64,000 nucleotides of DNA from an uncultured Actinomycetes bacterium (GCA_963809175.1 CAWEIK010000001.1:886792-950791); one strand, 5' to 3'. Counted from the stretch's first letter, positions 27,550 through 37,926 are shown. Program-made: numbers and translations. The notes: a model not told the origin generated them from the sequence alone.

Positions 27550-28566
27550 ATGCTCACGTTCGGCGTCACCGTCCTGCCCGACCCGCCCTACACGCGCCTG
27601 ATCGAGCTGAACGCGCTCGCGGAGCAGCACGGGTTCGAGTACGGCTGGACCTACGACTCGCACATCCTCTGGCAGGACTCGTACGCGACGCTTCCGCTCG
27701 TCGCCGATCGCACCGACAGGATCAAGCTCGGCCACTTCGTGACGAACCCGGGGATCCGCGACCCGACCGTCACGGCGAGCTGGTACGCGACGATGCACGA
27801 CGTCTCGAACGGCCGCATGGTGATGGGGATCGGCCGCGGCGACTCGTCGCGTCGCGTCGTCGGGCTCAAGCCGGTCAGGGTCGCGGAGTTCGAGGCGGCG
27901 ACCGCGATGATCAAGGACCTGATGAACGGCCGGCCGGTCGTGTGGAACGAGAAAGAGCTGAAGCTGGAGTGGGTGCGGCCGGAGCTCCCCGACATCGAGG
28001 TCTGGGTCGCGGGCTACGGGCCGAAGGCGCTCGCCGTCGCGGGCCGCGTCGGTGACGGCGTGATCATCCAGCTCGCCGACCCGCAGATCATCCAGTGGAT
28101 CATGGACACGGCGCGTGCGTCCGCGATCGAGGCGGGCCGTGACCCGAGCGCGCTCAAGTGCATCGTGGGTGCGCCGAGCATGATCGGCGACGACATTGCG
28201 GACCAGCGCGAGCAGGTGCGGTGGTTCCCGGCGATGGTCTCGAACCACGTGATGGACCTGATCGAGCGCTACGGGTTCGACTCGGAGATTCCCGACGCGT
28301 TGACCGAGTTCGTCAAGACCCGCAAGGGCTACGACTACAAGGACCACAGCCGCGTCGGCGCGGCGCACGGCGAGTTCGTCACCGACGAGATCTGCGACCG
28401 CTTCTGCGTGCTCGGGAACACGGAACAGGTCTTGGACAAGCTCCGCGAGCTCGAGTCGGTCGGCGTCGACCAGTTCAACATCTACCTCATGACCGGCCAA
28501 CAGGAAGCGACGCTCGAGGCCTACGGGAAGGACATCATCCCGAAGTTCGCGGGCGTCACGGCGTAG
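27550..28566 (+). CDS. luciferase-like monooxygenase (LLM) family oxidoreductase, Mer-like / putatively F420-dependent
   Basis: ATG 27550 after GGAGG. 338 aa. MLTFGVTVLPDPP..GWTYDSHILWQD..LGHFVTNPGIRDP..GIGRGDS resembles the F420-dependent LLM class. Confidence 0.75.
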   Translation: MLTFGVTVLPDPPYTRLIELNALAEQHGFEYGWTYDSHILWQDSYATLPLVADRTDRIKLGHFVTNPGIRDPTVTASWYATMHDVSNGRMVMGIGRGDSSRRVVGLKPVRVAEFEAATAMIKDLMNGRPVVWNEKELKLEWVRPELPDIEVWVAGYGPKALAVAGRVGDGVIIQLADPQIIQWIMDTARASAIEAGRDPSALKCIVGAPSMIGDDIADQREQVRWFPAMVSNHVMDLIERYGFDSEIPDALTEFVKTRKGYDYKDHSRVGAAHGEFVTDEICDRFCVLGNTEQVLDKLRELESVGVDQFNIYLMTGQQEATLEAYGKDIIPKFAGVTA

Positions 28567-28663
28567 CTCGCTCAGCGACTCACAGCGTTCTCCTAACGCG
28601 CTATCACGCCTGACTCAGTCCGGGCGGCTTTCCTGACGCTCGTCAACGAGTGAAAGGAACACC

Positions 28664-29266
28664 GTGAAACGCAAGCTGATCGCTGGAGCCGCTGCGGTCG
28701 CAGCCGTCGCAGGCGGCGGTGCGGTCGTCGCGACCGCGGCGACGCCCGAAGAGAACGACGACGCCATCCTGAGCGCCGTCGCCAAGGACCTCGGCGTGGA
28801 CGAGAACGCGCTCGAGAGCGCGGTGGAGAAGGCGCTGACCGCGCGCATCGACGCCGCGGTCGCGTCGGGAGAGCTGACGTCCGAGGAGGCCGCCCAGTTG
28901 AAGGAACGCGTCGCCGCCGGTGACGTGCCGCTCTTCGCAGGCCCCGGCCGAGGTCATCACGGCCACGGTGGGCCGAGGTTCGAGGCGGCTGCGGCTTACC
29001 TCGGCCTGACGGAGGCCGCGTTGCGCGCGGCCGTGGACGAGGACACGAGCCTCGCCGACCTCGCGCGCGAGCGCGGCAAGTCCGTGTCGGGGCTCGTGGA
29101 CGCGCTCATGCCGGAGGCTCGCGCGCGTGTCGACGCCGCGTTCGCGGCCGGCCGGATCACCGAGGCGGAGCGCGACGAGCGCATCGCCGGTCTCCGCGAG
29201 CACCTCACCGCGCTCGTGAACGGAGAGCGCCCCGAGCGAGGGCGCGCCCGCGGCGCGAGCTTCTGA
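28664..29266 (+). CDS. secreted hypothetical protein
   Basis: GTG 28664 after AAAGGAA. Signal-like N-terminus. 200 aa, Ala/Glu-rich. Confidence 0.6.
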   Translation: MKRKLIAGAAAVAAVAGGGAVVATAATPEENDDAILSAVAKDLGVDENALESAVEKALTARIDAAVASGELTSEEAAQLKERVAAGDVPLFAGPGRGHHGHGGPRFEAAAAYLGLTEAALRAAVDEDTSLADLARERGKSVSGLVDALMPEARARVDAAFAAGRITEAERDERIAGLREHLTALVNGERPERGRARGASF

Positions 29267-29278
29267 CGGCGGACGGGC

Positions 29279-29302
29279 GAGCGGGGCCGACTGGCCCCGC
29301 TC
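29279..29302. terminator. bidirectional stem-loop between convergent genes
   Basis: GAGCGGGGCC-GACT-GGCCCCGCTC, a perfect 10-bp stem, lying between stop 29266 (+) and stop 29307 (-). Confidence 0.6.
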
Positions 29303-29306
29303 GTCG

Positions 29307-29699
29307 TCACTTCTCGTCCAGCTCGAGTGCGGCCGAGTTGATGCAGTACCGCTGACCCGTCGGCTGCGGGCCGTCGGGGAACACGTGCCCGAGGTGGCCG
29401 CCGCAGGCGGCGCACAGCACCTCGGTGCGCACCATCCCGAGGCTGGCGTCGCGCTCCTCCTCGATCGCGTCCTCGCTCGCGGGCGCGAAGAACGCGGGCC
29501 AACCGCAGCCCGAGTCGTACTTCGTGTCCGAGCTGAAGAGCTCGGTGCCGCAACCCGCGCAGCGGTAGGTGCCGGGCTCGAAGACGTGGTCGTACTCGCC
29601 CGTGAAGGCCGGCTCGGTCCTCTTCTCGCGGAGGATCCGGTACTGGTCGGGCGTCAGCTCCGCCCGCCACTCCTGCTCTGTCTTCTCGATCTTCTGCAT
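29307..29699 (-). CDS. msrB: peptide-methionine (R)-S-oxide reductase
   Basis: 130-aa ORF with two CxxC pairs and the RYCINS motif. Confidence 0.9.
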   Translation of the reverse strand: MQKIEKTEQEWRAELTPDQYRILREKRTEPAFTGEYDHVFEPGTYRCAGCGTELFSSDTKYDSGCGWPAFFAPASEDAIEEERDASLGMVRTEVLCAACGGHLGHVFPDGPQPTGQRYCINSAALELDEK

Positions 29700-29747
29700 G
29701 TCTTCAGTGTGCCGGAACCGCTGTGCGTTACGGGTAGCGTGAGGGCC

Positions 29748-30671
29748 GTGAGCGAGTCACCTCTGATCGAGGCCAGAGGCCTCACGAAGCGCTTCGGCGA
29801 GTTCACCGCGGTCGACGGGATCGACTTCGCGGTCGAGCGCGGCGAGACCTTCGGCTTCCTCGGCCCGAACGGCGCCGGGAAGACGTCGACGATGCGGATG
29901 ATCAGCGCCGTCTCGCCCGTCACGAGCGGAACGCTTCGCGTGCTCGGCCTCGACCCCATGGTCGACGGGCCGACGATCAAGGCGCGCATGGGGGTCGTTC
30001 CCCAGCAGGACACGCTCGACTTCGAGCTCACCGTCTACGAGAACCTGCTCGTCTACGGCCGCTACTTCGGGATCCCGAAGGACGTGATCAAGTCGCGCGC
30101 CGAGGAGCTGCTCGACTTCGTGCAGCTCCAGGAGCGCCGCGACTCGAGGGTCGAGCCGCTCTCCGGCGGGATGAAGCGGCGGCTGACGATCGCGCGCGGC
30201 CTGATCAACGAGCCGGAGCTCCTGCTGCTCGACGAGCCGACCACCGGCCTCGACCCGCAGGCGCGCCACGTGCTCTGGGACCGGCTCTACCGGCTGAAGC
30301 AGCAGGGCGTCACGCAGGTGCTGACGACCCACTACATGGACGAGGCCGAGCAGCTGTGCGACCGGCTCGTCGTGATGGACCAGGCGAAGATCGTCGCCGA
30401 GGGCTCGCCGCGCGCGCTGATCGAGCGCTACACGCAGCGAGAGGTCGTCGAGCTCCGCTTCCCCGAGGGCGTCGAGCTGAACGGCAAGCTGGACGGGCTG
30501 GGCGAGCGCGTCGAGGTGCTCGCGAACCGGGTGCTGATCGGCACCGACAACGGCGACGCGACGGTGCACGCGGTGCACGAGCGCGGCATCGAGGCGGAGA
30601 GCGTCCTCGTCCGGCGCAGCACGCTCGAGGACGTCTTCCTGACGTTGACCGGCCGGACGCTCGTCGACTGA
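29748..30671 (+). CDS. ABC transporter ATP-binding protein (DrrA/NodI-like)
   Basis: GTG 29748. Walker [10 protein letters not shown], signature LSGGMKRRL, Walker [13 protein letters not shown]. 307 aa. Confidence 0.85.
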   Translation: MSESPLIEARGLTKRFGEFTAVDGIDFAVERGETFGFLGPNGAGKTSTMRMISAVSPVTSGTLRVLGLDPMVDGPTIKARMGVVPQQDTLDFELTVYENLLVYGRYFGIPKDVIKSRAEELLDFVQLQERRDSRVEPLSGGMKRRLTIARGLINEPELLLLDEPTTGLDPQARHVLWDRLYRLKQQGVTQVLTTHYMDEAEQLCDRLVVMDQAKIVAEGSPRALIERYTQREVVELRFPEGVELNGKLDGLGERVEVLANRVLIGTDNGDATVHAVHERGIEAESVLVRRSTLEDVFLTLTGRTLVD

Positions 30672-31474
30672 TGGCGACCGTCGCGGCCACGAGCTCGGCG
30701 TTCGACCGTGCGCTCTCCGTCACCGAGTGGCATGCGATCTCGTACAAGCGCACCTGGCGCGCGACGATCACGACGGCGTTCCTCAACCCGATCTTCTTCC
30801 TGCTCTCCGTCGGCGTTCTGCTCGGCCAGCTGATCGACGACGACCAGGCGGCGCTCGGCGGGCTTTCGTACGTCGAGTTCGTCGCGCCCGGTCTGCTCGC
30901 CGCGACGGCCATGCAGATGGGAGCGAACGACGCGATGTGGCCGGTGATGGCCGGGATCAAGTGGCTGCGCACGTACCACGCGGTCCTGGCGACGCCCGTC
31001 CGGGTCGCCGAGCTCGTGCTCGGGACGATGGGCTGGGCGGCGATCCGCGTCTTCTCCGCGGCGGTGATCTTCACGGCCGTCGCTGCCGTCGGCGGCGCGA
31101 TCTCCTCTCCGTGGGCAGTGCTGGCGCCGTTCGCCGCGCTGCTCTGCGGGCTCGCCTTCAACGCCCCGATCGCAGCGTTCTCGGCGAGCCTCGAGGGCGG
31201 CGACGACGGGTGGTTCCCCGCGCTGAACCGCTTCGTGCTGATCCCGATGTTCCTGTTCGCGGGGACGTTCTTCCCGGTCTCCCAGCTGCCCGACTGGCTC
31301 GAGCCGGTCGCGTGGGCGACCCCGCTCTGGCACGGCGTCGAGCTGTGCCGCATGCTGACGACCGGGGACATCGACGCGCTGCTCGCCGCGGGTCACGTGG
31401 CCTACCTCTCGCTCTTCGTCGTCGTCGGCGCCGTCGTCGCGATCAAGCGTCACCGGCGGGCGTTGCTCAAGTGA
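30671..31474 (+). CDS. ABC-2 type transporter permease
   Basis: ATG 30671 overlaps the ATPase stop (TGATG). 267 aa, multi-TM. Confidence 0.8.
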   Translation: MATVAATSSAFDRALSVTEWHAISYKRTWRATITTAFLNPIFFLLSVGVLLGQLIDDDQAALGGLSYVEFVAPGLLAATAMQMGANDAMWPVMAGIKWLRTYHAVLATPVRVAELVLGTMGWAAIRVFSAAVIFTAVAAVGGAISSPWAVLAPFAALLCGLAFNAPIAAFSASLEGGDDGWFPALNRFVLIPMFLFAGTFFPVSQLPDWLEPVAWATPLWHGVELCRMLTTGDIDALLAAGHVAYLSLFVVVGAVVAIKRHRRALLK

Positions 31475-32280
31475 CCGACTACGCACTCAACCGCCGGGTT
31501 GCGCCGTGGTTCACGTTCGGTGCCGACCGGTCGCTGCACCTCGTCTACCGGAACCTCAAGGCGGCCCGCCGCTACTGGCTGGTCATGGTGTCCGGCTTCT
31601 TCGAGCCGCTCTTCTACCTCGTCGGGCTCGGGGTCGGCGTGGGGGCGCTGGTCGGCGACATCACCTACGGCGGCCAGACGATCTCGTACCAGGAGTTCGT
31701 CGCGCCGGCGCTGCTCGCGGCGTCCGCGATGAACGGCGCGATCTACGAGACGACGGGGAACGTCTTCTTCAAGCTGAACTACGCGAAGACCTACGACGGC
31801 GTCCTGGCGACGCCGATGGGAGTGCGCGACGTGGCCGTCGGCGAGACGATCTTCGCGCTGATGCGCGGGAGCGTCTACGCGGTCGCGTTCGTGACGATCA
31901 TGCTCGTGCTCGGGCTGATCGAGTCGTGGTGGGCGCTGCTCGCCGTGCCCGCCGCACTGCTGATCGGCGCAGCGTTCGCCGCGCTCGGCCTCTCCGCCGT
32001 GACGTTGATGCGGTCGTGGGCCGACTTCGCGTTCATCGAGCTGCTGACCCTCCCGATGTTCCTCTTCTCGGCCACGTTCGTGCCGCTCGCGGAGTACCCG
32101 AAGGCGGTTCAGTGGGTGCTCCCGATCACGCCGCTCTACCACGGGGTCGACCTGATGCGCGAGCTCACGCTCGGCAACGTCGGCTGGAGCGCGCTGATCC
32201 ACGTCGCGTACCTGCTCGGAGTCCTCGCGCTCGGGGTCTGGTTCACCGCGCGGCGGCTCGAGCGCAAGCTCCTGAAGTAA
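31471..32280 (+). CDS. ABC-2 type transporter permease (paralog)
   Basis: GTG 31471 overlaps the previous stop (GTGA). 269 aa, multi-TM. Confidence 0.8.
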   Translation: MTDYALNRRVAPWFTFGADRSLHLVYRNLKAARRYWLVMVSGFFEPLFYLVGLGVGVGALVGDITYGGQTISYQEFVAPALLAASAMNGAIYETTGNVFFKLNYAKTYDGVLATPMGVRDVAVGETIFALMRGSVYAVAFVTIMLVLGLIESWWALLAVPAALLIGAAFAALGLSAVTLMRSWADFAFIELLTLPMFLFSATFVPLAEYPKAVQWVLPITPLYHGVDLMRELTLGNVGWSALIHVAYLLGVLALGVWFTARRLERKLLK

Positions 32281-32422
32281 CACTGCTCGCGAGCCAGTCT
32301 TAGCCTCAACCTGAGCTTTAGGGCGCTGAACGCGTCGTGCGCTCTCACACGAATGGGGGAGCGTGCCTACGCGGTTTCGGGGCGATGGTTGGACAGCGGT
32401 CCCCGATGCGGCAGGAGCAGTA

Positions 32423-35400
32423 ATGGCGAAGACACCACGGCAGCAAGACGAGCCGACCCGTTCACGGCGGGTTCGCGCCGCCTTGGCGCCGCTCGGCCGT
32501 GCCGCCGCCGCGACGACCGCATGCATCCTCTGGGTCGGGCTCGCGCTGCCCGGGCTGCAGCTGCTGCCGGGGGCGGGCAGCTTCGGCGATCGAAGCATCG
32601 CAATCTCCTTGCAGAGCGCGCTGCTCGGGATCGACGACAGCTATGCAACGACGCCCGAAGCGCGCGCGGCGATGCGCGCGCTCGGCCTGTCCGTGATCCA
32701 GCAGTCGCTCGATTCGCTGCGCTCCGACGACGAAGCTTCGCTCGCGGTGGACGTCGACGAGAGCGTTTCCACCGACACGATCGACACGACGCTCGTCGCG
32801 GTTGGTTCGCACGACCGCGCCGGCGCCGGGTCGGCGTCGGACGCACCCGGTCGTGAGGCACCGGAGCCGTCGTCCCCACAGCGGACCCTCGCCCGATCCC
32901 ACCCAGCCGAACCAGCCGACGCCTTCGCCGGGCGGCGGCGGCGGGACCCCGTCGAAGCCGCCGACGGTTCCTGCGTCGAAGAGTGCGCAGTCGATCACCT
33001 TCACCACGTCGCCCCCGGCCGCCGTCGTCGGCGGCTCGTACACGGTCGGAGCCGCCGCGAGCTCGGGTCTGCCGGTCAGCTTCTCGCTGGCGCCGGGGAG
33101 CTCGGGCGTCTGCACGATCTCGGCGACCACCGTGAGCTTCGTCGGCAGCGGGACCTGCACCATCCGGGCCAACCAGGCCGGGAACGCGAGCTACCTGCCG
33201 GCGCCGCAGGTCGCGCAGTCGTTCGACGTCGAGGTCGCGATCGAGGTCCAGACGATCAGCTTCATCTCCGTTCCCCCGTCGACCGCGCACGTCGGCGACG
33301 CCGACTACCACGTGATCGCGAAGGCGAGCTCGGGGCTCCCCGTCGAGTTCGGTGCGGAGGGCAACAGCGCCGGCATCTGCAAGGTGACCGGAGCGAAGGT
33401 CCACCTGATCGGCGAGGGGACGTGCACGATCAACGCGATCGCAAAAGGGCAACAGCAAGTTCCGCCCCGCGCCGCCGGCGTTGCAGTCGTTCTCGATCGG
33501 CTCGGACGCTCCGTCGCAGAGCATCCAGTCGATCAACTTCACGTCGAGCCCGCCCAACGGCGCGGCGGTCGGTGGCACGTACACCGTCGCGGCGACGGCC
33601 AGCTCGGGGCTCACCGTGTCCTACTCGGCCGCTCCCTCGAGCGCCGGCGTGTGCACGGTCTCCGGGGCCACGGTCTCGCTCCTCGGGCAGGGCACCTGCA
33701 TCGTCCGGGCGAACCAGCCGGGCAACGCGAGCTACCTCGCGGCGCCGCAGGTGCAGCAGACGTTCCTGGTCGGCCTCGTCGGCCAGACGATCACGTTCTC
33801 GACCACGCCGCCCTCGGGCGCCGCGGTGGGCGGTCCGGCCTACGGCGTGGCCGCGACCTCGTCGTCCGGTCTTCCGGTCGTCTTCAGCGCGAACCCGAGC
33901 AGCGCCTCCGTCTGCACGGTCTCCGGATCGACCGTCTCGCTGACGGGTGCCGGAACCTGCACGATCGATGCCGACCAGCCGGGCGACGCCACGCACGAGC
34001 CCGCCCCGCAGGTGCAGCAGTCGTTCACGATCGGCGGTCCACCCGCGCCGAGCGTGCAGTCGATCAGCTTCACCTCGTCGCCGCCGTCCGGCGCGATCGT
34101 CGGCGGGGCTGCCTACACGGTCTCCGCGTCGGCGAGCTCCGGCCTCAGCGTCACGTTCTCCGCCGCGCCGGCCAGCGCGGGCGTCTGCACCGTCTCGGGC
34201 TCCACCGTCTCCCTCGTCGGCGTCGGGACCTGCACGGTGCGGGCAGACCAGGCCGGCAACGCGAGCTACCAGGCGGCGCCTCAGGTCTCGCAGTCGTTCG
34301 CGGTCGGACTCGCACCGCAGACGATCAGCTTCACCTCCTCGCCGCCCTCGGGCCCGATCGTCGGTGACCCCGACTACGTCGTGAGTGCGTCGGCGACCTC
34401 CGGCCTCGCCGTCAGCTTCTCGGCAGCCGCTTCGAGCGCGGGTATCTGCACCGTCTCGGGCTCGACCGTCAGCTTCGTCGCCTCCGGTACCTGCACGGTC
34501 AACGCGGACCAGGCGGGCGACGCGACCCACCAGTCCGCCCCGCAGGTGCAGCAGTCGTTCACGATCGGCGGCCCGTCCGCGCCGAGCGTGCAGTCGATCA
34601 GCTTCACCTCGTCGCCGCCGTCGGGCGCGGTCGTCGGCGGCCCCACCTACACGGTGTCCGCAACGGCGAGCTCCGGCCTGCCCGTCAGCTTCTCGATCGA
34701 CCCGTCGAGCGCCGGGGTCTGCACGCTGTCCGGCGCCACCATCTCTTTCGCCGGGGCCGGCACCTGCACGGTTCGCGCCGAGCAGGCCGGGAACGCGAGC
34801 TACCAGGCCGCGACGCCGGTCACGCAGTCGTTCGCCGTGAGCCTCGCGGGCCAGACGATCAGCTTCACCTCCTCGCCTCCGGGCAGCGCGGGCACCGGCG
34901 GCCCGACGTACACCGTGACGGCCGTCGCGAGCTCGGGGCTCGCGGTCGCGTTCTCTTCCGGCAGCCCCGCGGTCTGCAGCGTGTCCGGCTCGACGGTCTC
35001 GTTCCTGTCGCCGGGGACGTGCACCGTGCGCGCGAACCAGGCGGGCAACGGCTCCTACTCGGCCGCTCCGCAGGTGTCGCAGTCGTTCACCGTCGGGCCG
35101 GGGCCGCAGACGATCACCTTCACCTCGCCCGCGCCGAGCGGGGCGTACGTCGGCGGGCCGACCTACAACGTCGCCGCGAACGCGAGCTCCGGGCTTGCAG
35201 TCACGTTCTCGTCCGGCAGCCCGTCGGTCTGCGCCGTCTCGGGCTCGACGGTGTCGTTCACGGGCAGCGGAACCTGCATCGTTCGCGCGAACCAGCCGGG
35301 CAACGCGTCGTACCAGCCGGCGCCGCAGGTGCAGCAGTCGTTCACCGTCGTCCCCGCGCCGTCGCCGCAGACGATCACGTTCACCTCGAGCGCACCGTCG

Positions 35401-35883
35401 AACGCCGTCTACCTCGGATCGAGCTACCAGGTCTCGGCAACCGCGAGCTCCGGACTGCCGGTCACCTTCACGGTGTCCGGCACGTGCACCAGCTCCGGCT
35501 CGACGGTCGCAATGGCCGGGGCGGGCACGTGCACGGTCTACGCGAACCAGAGCGGCAGCAGCGCCTACCTCGCCGCGCCGCAGGTGCAGCAGACCTTCGC
35601 GATCGCCAAGCGATCGCAGACGATCACCTTCCCGGACGCAGGGAACCACGACAAGGACGACCCGCCGTTCGCGCTCTCGGCGACGTCCAGCTCGGGCCTC
35701 GCGGTCACCTACACGCTCGATCCGAGCAGCGCCTCGATCTGCTCCCTGTCCGGGAACATGGTCACGCCGCTCGACCGCGGGGACTGCATCGTCCATGCGA
35801 ACCAGCCGGGCAATGCGAACTACCTGGCCGCTCCACAGGTCACGCAGGTGATCAGGATCAAGAACCACACGCCCGGCCCCTGA
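32423..35883 (+). pseudogene. large surface-anchored/secreted protein with 11 tandem Ig-like Cys-pair repeats, two frameshifts near the 5-prime end
   Basis: ATG 32423 after AGGAG. N-terminal hydrophobic anchor. Frame 2 changes to frame 0 somewhere in 32815-32900 (low-complexity Pro/Ser linker). Frame 0 changes to frame 1 at 33443-33449 (..INAIAK | GNSKFRPAPPALQSF). The remaining 2.4 kb is a single frame. 3461 nt minus 2 gives 1153 codons. Confidence 0.75.
32988..35860 (+). repeat. 11 tandem coding repeats of about 85-90 aa (about 265 nt)
   Basis: Each unit follows Q[ST]I[TSN]F..PP...VGG.Y.V.A.ASSGL.V.FS.....GVC.VSG.TVS..G.GTC.V.A.Q.GNA.Y..APQV.QSF.V, with two conserved Cys per unit. Confidence 0.9.
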
Positions 35884-36051
35884 CCGGCGCGTACCTCACT
35901 CCTTCGGGGGAGTCCTCGTGGGAGTCCGGGCGCCGATGCTGAATCACCGTTCCTCCTCGGAAGGCGTGCAAATGAACGTGGTGCTGCGGCGTGTACCTGA
36001 GCCGCCGATGTCGGCGGAGCTTTCGTCTTCCCTTCGCGGGGGAGTCGCCTG

Positions 36052-37399
36052 ATGCTCGGCCGCTCCTCGCACGAGTTTCGCCGCGGCACTCCCGTCGTCC
36101 GCTATGCCGTGCTCGTCTTTCTGCTGATCGCCGCTCTCGTCGGCACCGTGAGCTGGACGCTCGATCGCAACGGCCGCCGGAGCAACTGGCAAGAGCACAG
36201 CACTGCGCTGAACGCCGGCGCCCGCGTGGCGGCCTCGACGTTCAAGACTCTGCGCGCCGACCTCCGCGTGCAAGCGAGCGAGCTCGCGACGTCGCTGCCG
36301 CTCCAGCGCGCGGTCGTGACGAACGACCAGCGGGCGCTTCGGGAGATCGCCGCGACGCGCCATGCACGCATCGACCTGCGCGACGGCCGCACGATCGGCA
36401 CGCTCGCCGGGAAGCCGCGCATCGCCTCGACGGCGACGATCGCCAACGGGCAGGCGATCCTCGCGAGGGTGACGGTCTCGCTCCCGCTCGGCAAGGACGT
36501 GCTCACCGTGCTCCGCGAGGCAACGCCGCTGCCGCCCAAGGCCTCGCTCGCGCTCATGCAGGACGGTCGCCTGCTCGCCGGCGGGCCGGCCGGGGTCACC
36601 GTGGAGCCGCGCGACGGCCGCGTCGTCCTTGGCGACACCGCCTTCGCCGCTCAGTTCGCCGCGCTCGGGGTCGCCGACGCGTACGTCGTCGCGCTCGAGC
36701 CGGTGGCCGCGATCGATGCGCTGTCGACGGGCTACCGACAGGCTGATCATCCTCGCGGCGCTGTTCACGCTTGCGCTCGCTGCGGCACTCGCCACGCGGC
36801 TCGCTCGCCCCGTCGCCCAGATCGTCGGCGACGTCGCCCGGCTGAGCCGCCAGGCGCAGACGGACGGGCTCACGGGGCTCGCCAACCGTCGGCTGCTGGC
36901 CGAGCGGCTGGAAGACGAGCTCATCCGCGCCACGAAGAACGAGACGAGCGTCTCGCTCGTGATGGCGGACATCGACAACTTCAAGCAGATCAACGACAGC
37001 TTCGGCCATCAGACCGGCGACGAGGTGTTGCGCCAGTTCGCGGCCGCGCTGGACCGCTCGGTGCGCGAGACCGACCTTGCGGCGCGCTACGGCGGCGAGG
37101 AGTTCGTCGTCGTGCTGCCCGGCGCCAGGCTGGTGAACGCCGCCCGCGCCGCGGAGCAGATGCGGAAGACCGCCGCCGCGCTCGACGTGCGCGACCGGAA
37201 CGGCGCGCTCGCCAAGTTCACCGTGAGCTTCGGCGTCGCCGAGTTTCCGACGTACGCCAACGCAGAGGCCTTGATCGCCGCGGCCGACGCCGCGCTCTAC
37301 CAGGCGAAGCGCGGCGGCAAGAACCGAGTTGCCACCTCGACGGTGCAGGGGCAGGACGTCGCCCCGGACGCGCCGCCGCGGCTCGTCTCGCTCGGCTGA
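36052..37399 (+). pseudogene. membrane sensor diguanylate cyclase (GGDEF), one frameshift
   Basis: ATG 36052. TM helix, about 200-aa extracytoplasmic region, second TM helix, then GGDEF domain (RYGGEEFVVV). The frame changes between ..AIDALSTGYR and RLIILAALFTLALAAALA at about 36735-36745. 1348 nt minus 1 gives 449 codons. Confidence 0.8.
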
Positions 37400-37447
37400 T
37401 CGCAGCGCCGTTCCGCGGCGATTTGCGATCGGACGTACGCTTACTCC

Positions 37448-37900
37448 GTGCCGCACGAAAACGCCCAGCCCCTGACTGCCGAACAGAAGCGTCAGCTCGA
37501 GACGGAGCTGACCGAGCTCGAGGGCCCGAAGCGCGCCGAGATGGTCGAGGCGATCCGCGTCGCGCGCGGCTTCGGCGACCTCTCCGAGAACTTCGAGTAC
37601 CACGCCGCGAAGAACGAGCAGGGGATGCTCGAGCGCCGGATCACGCTGCTTCGCGACCGGCTCTCTCGGTCGGTGGTCGTCGAGGACGAAGTTGCGAATG
37701 GTCGCGTCGGCGTCGGCTCACGCGTCGAGATCGAGGACGAGAAGGGCGAGCGGATGCAGCTCGAGATCTCCAGCGTCGGCGGTGTCTCCCCAGAGTCGCC
37801 GCTCGGCAAGGCGCTCTACGGCGCGAAGGTCGGCGAGAAGGTCACGATCGCAGCACCGGGCGGCTCGTGGATCGCCCGCGTCGTCGCCGTCGGCCCTTAG
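37448..37900 (+). CDS. greA: transcription elongation factor GreA
   Basis: 150-aa [17 protein letters not shown] motif and C-terminal ..[17 protein letters not shown]. Confidence 0.9.
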   Translation: MPHENAQPLTAEQKRQLETELTELEGPKRAEMVEAIRVARGFGDLSENFEYHAAKNEQGMLERRITLLRDRLSRSVVVEDEVANGRVGVGSRVEIEDEKGERMQLEISSVGGVSPESPLGKALYGAKVGEKVTIAAPGGSWIARVVAVGP

Positions 37901-37926
37901 CGCGCCGCGGCTCAGCCAACGTAGGC

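Noticed and set aside
32281-32422. Possible c-di-GMP riboswitch or other structured leader upstream of the repeat-protein gene
   Set aside because: I could not recognise GEMM-type conserved elements by eye, only a weak CGGGG...CCCCG pairing. A covariance-model scan would be needed before making any claim.
33430-35868. Long antisense ORFs opposite real genes. Examples: 812 aa at 33430-35868, 814 aa at 44438-46882, 709 aa at 7758-9887, 659 aa at 10126-12105, 683 aa at 4479-6530, 574 aa at 1375-3099.
   Set aside because: Their translations are dominated by Arg, Gly, Asp and Pro with no recognisable motifs. The opposite strand in each case encodes a well-conserved protein. This is typical of shadow ORFs at about 70% GC.
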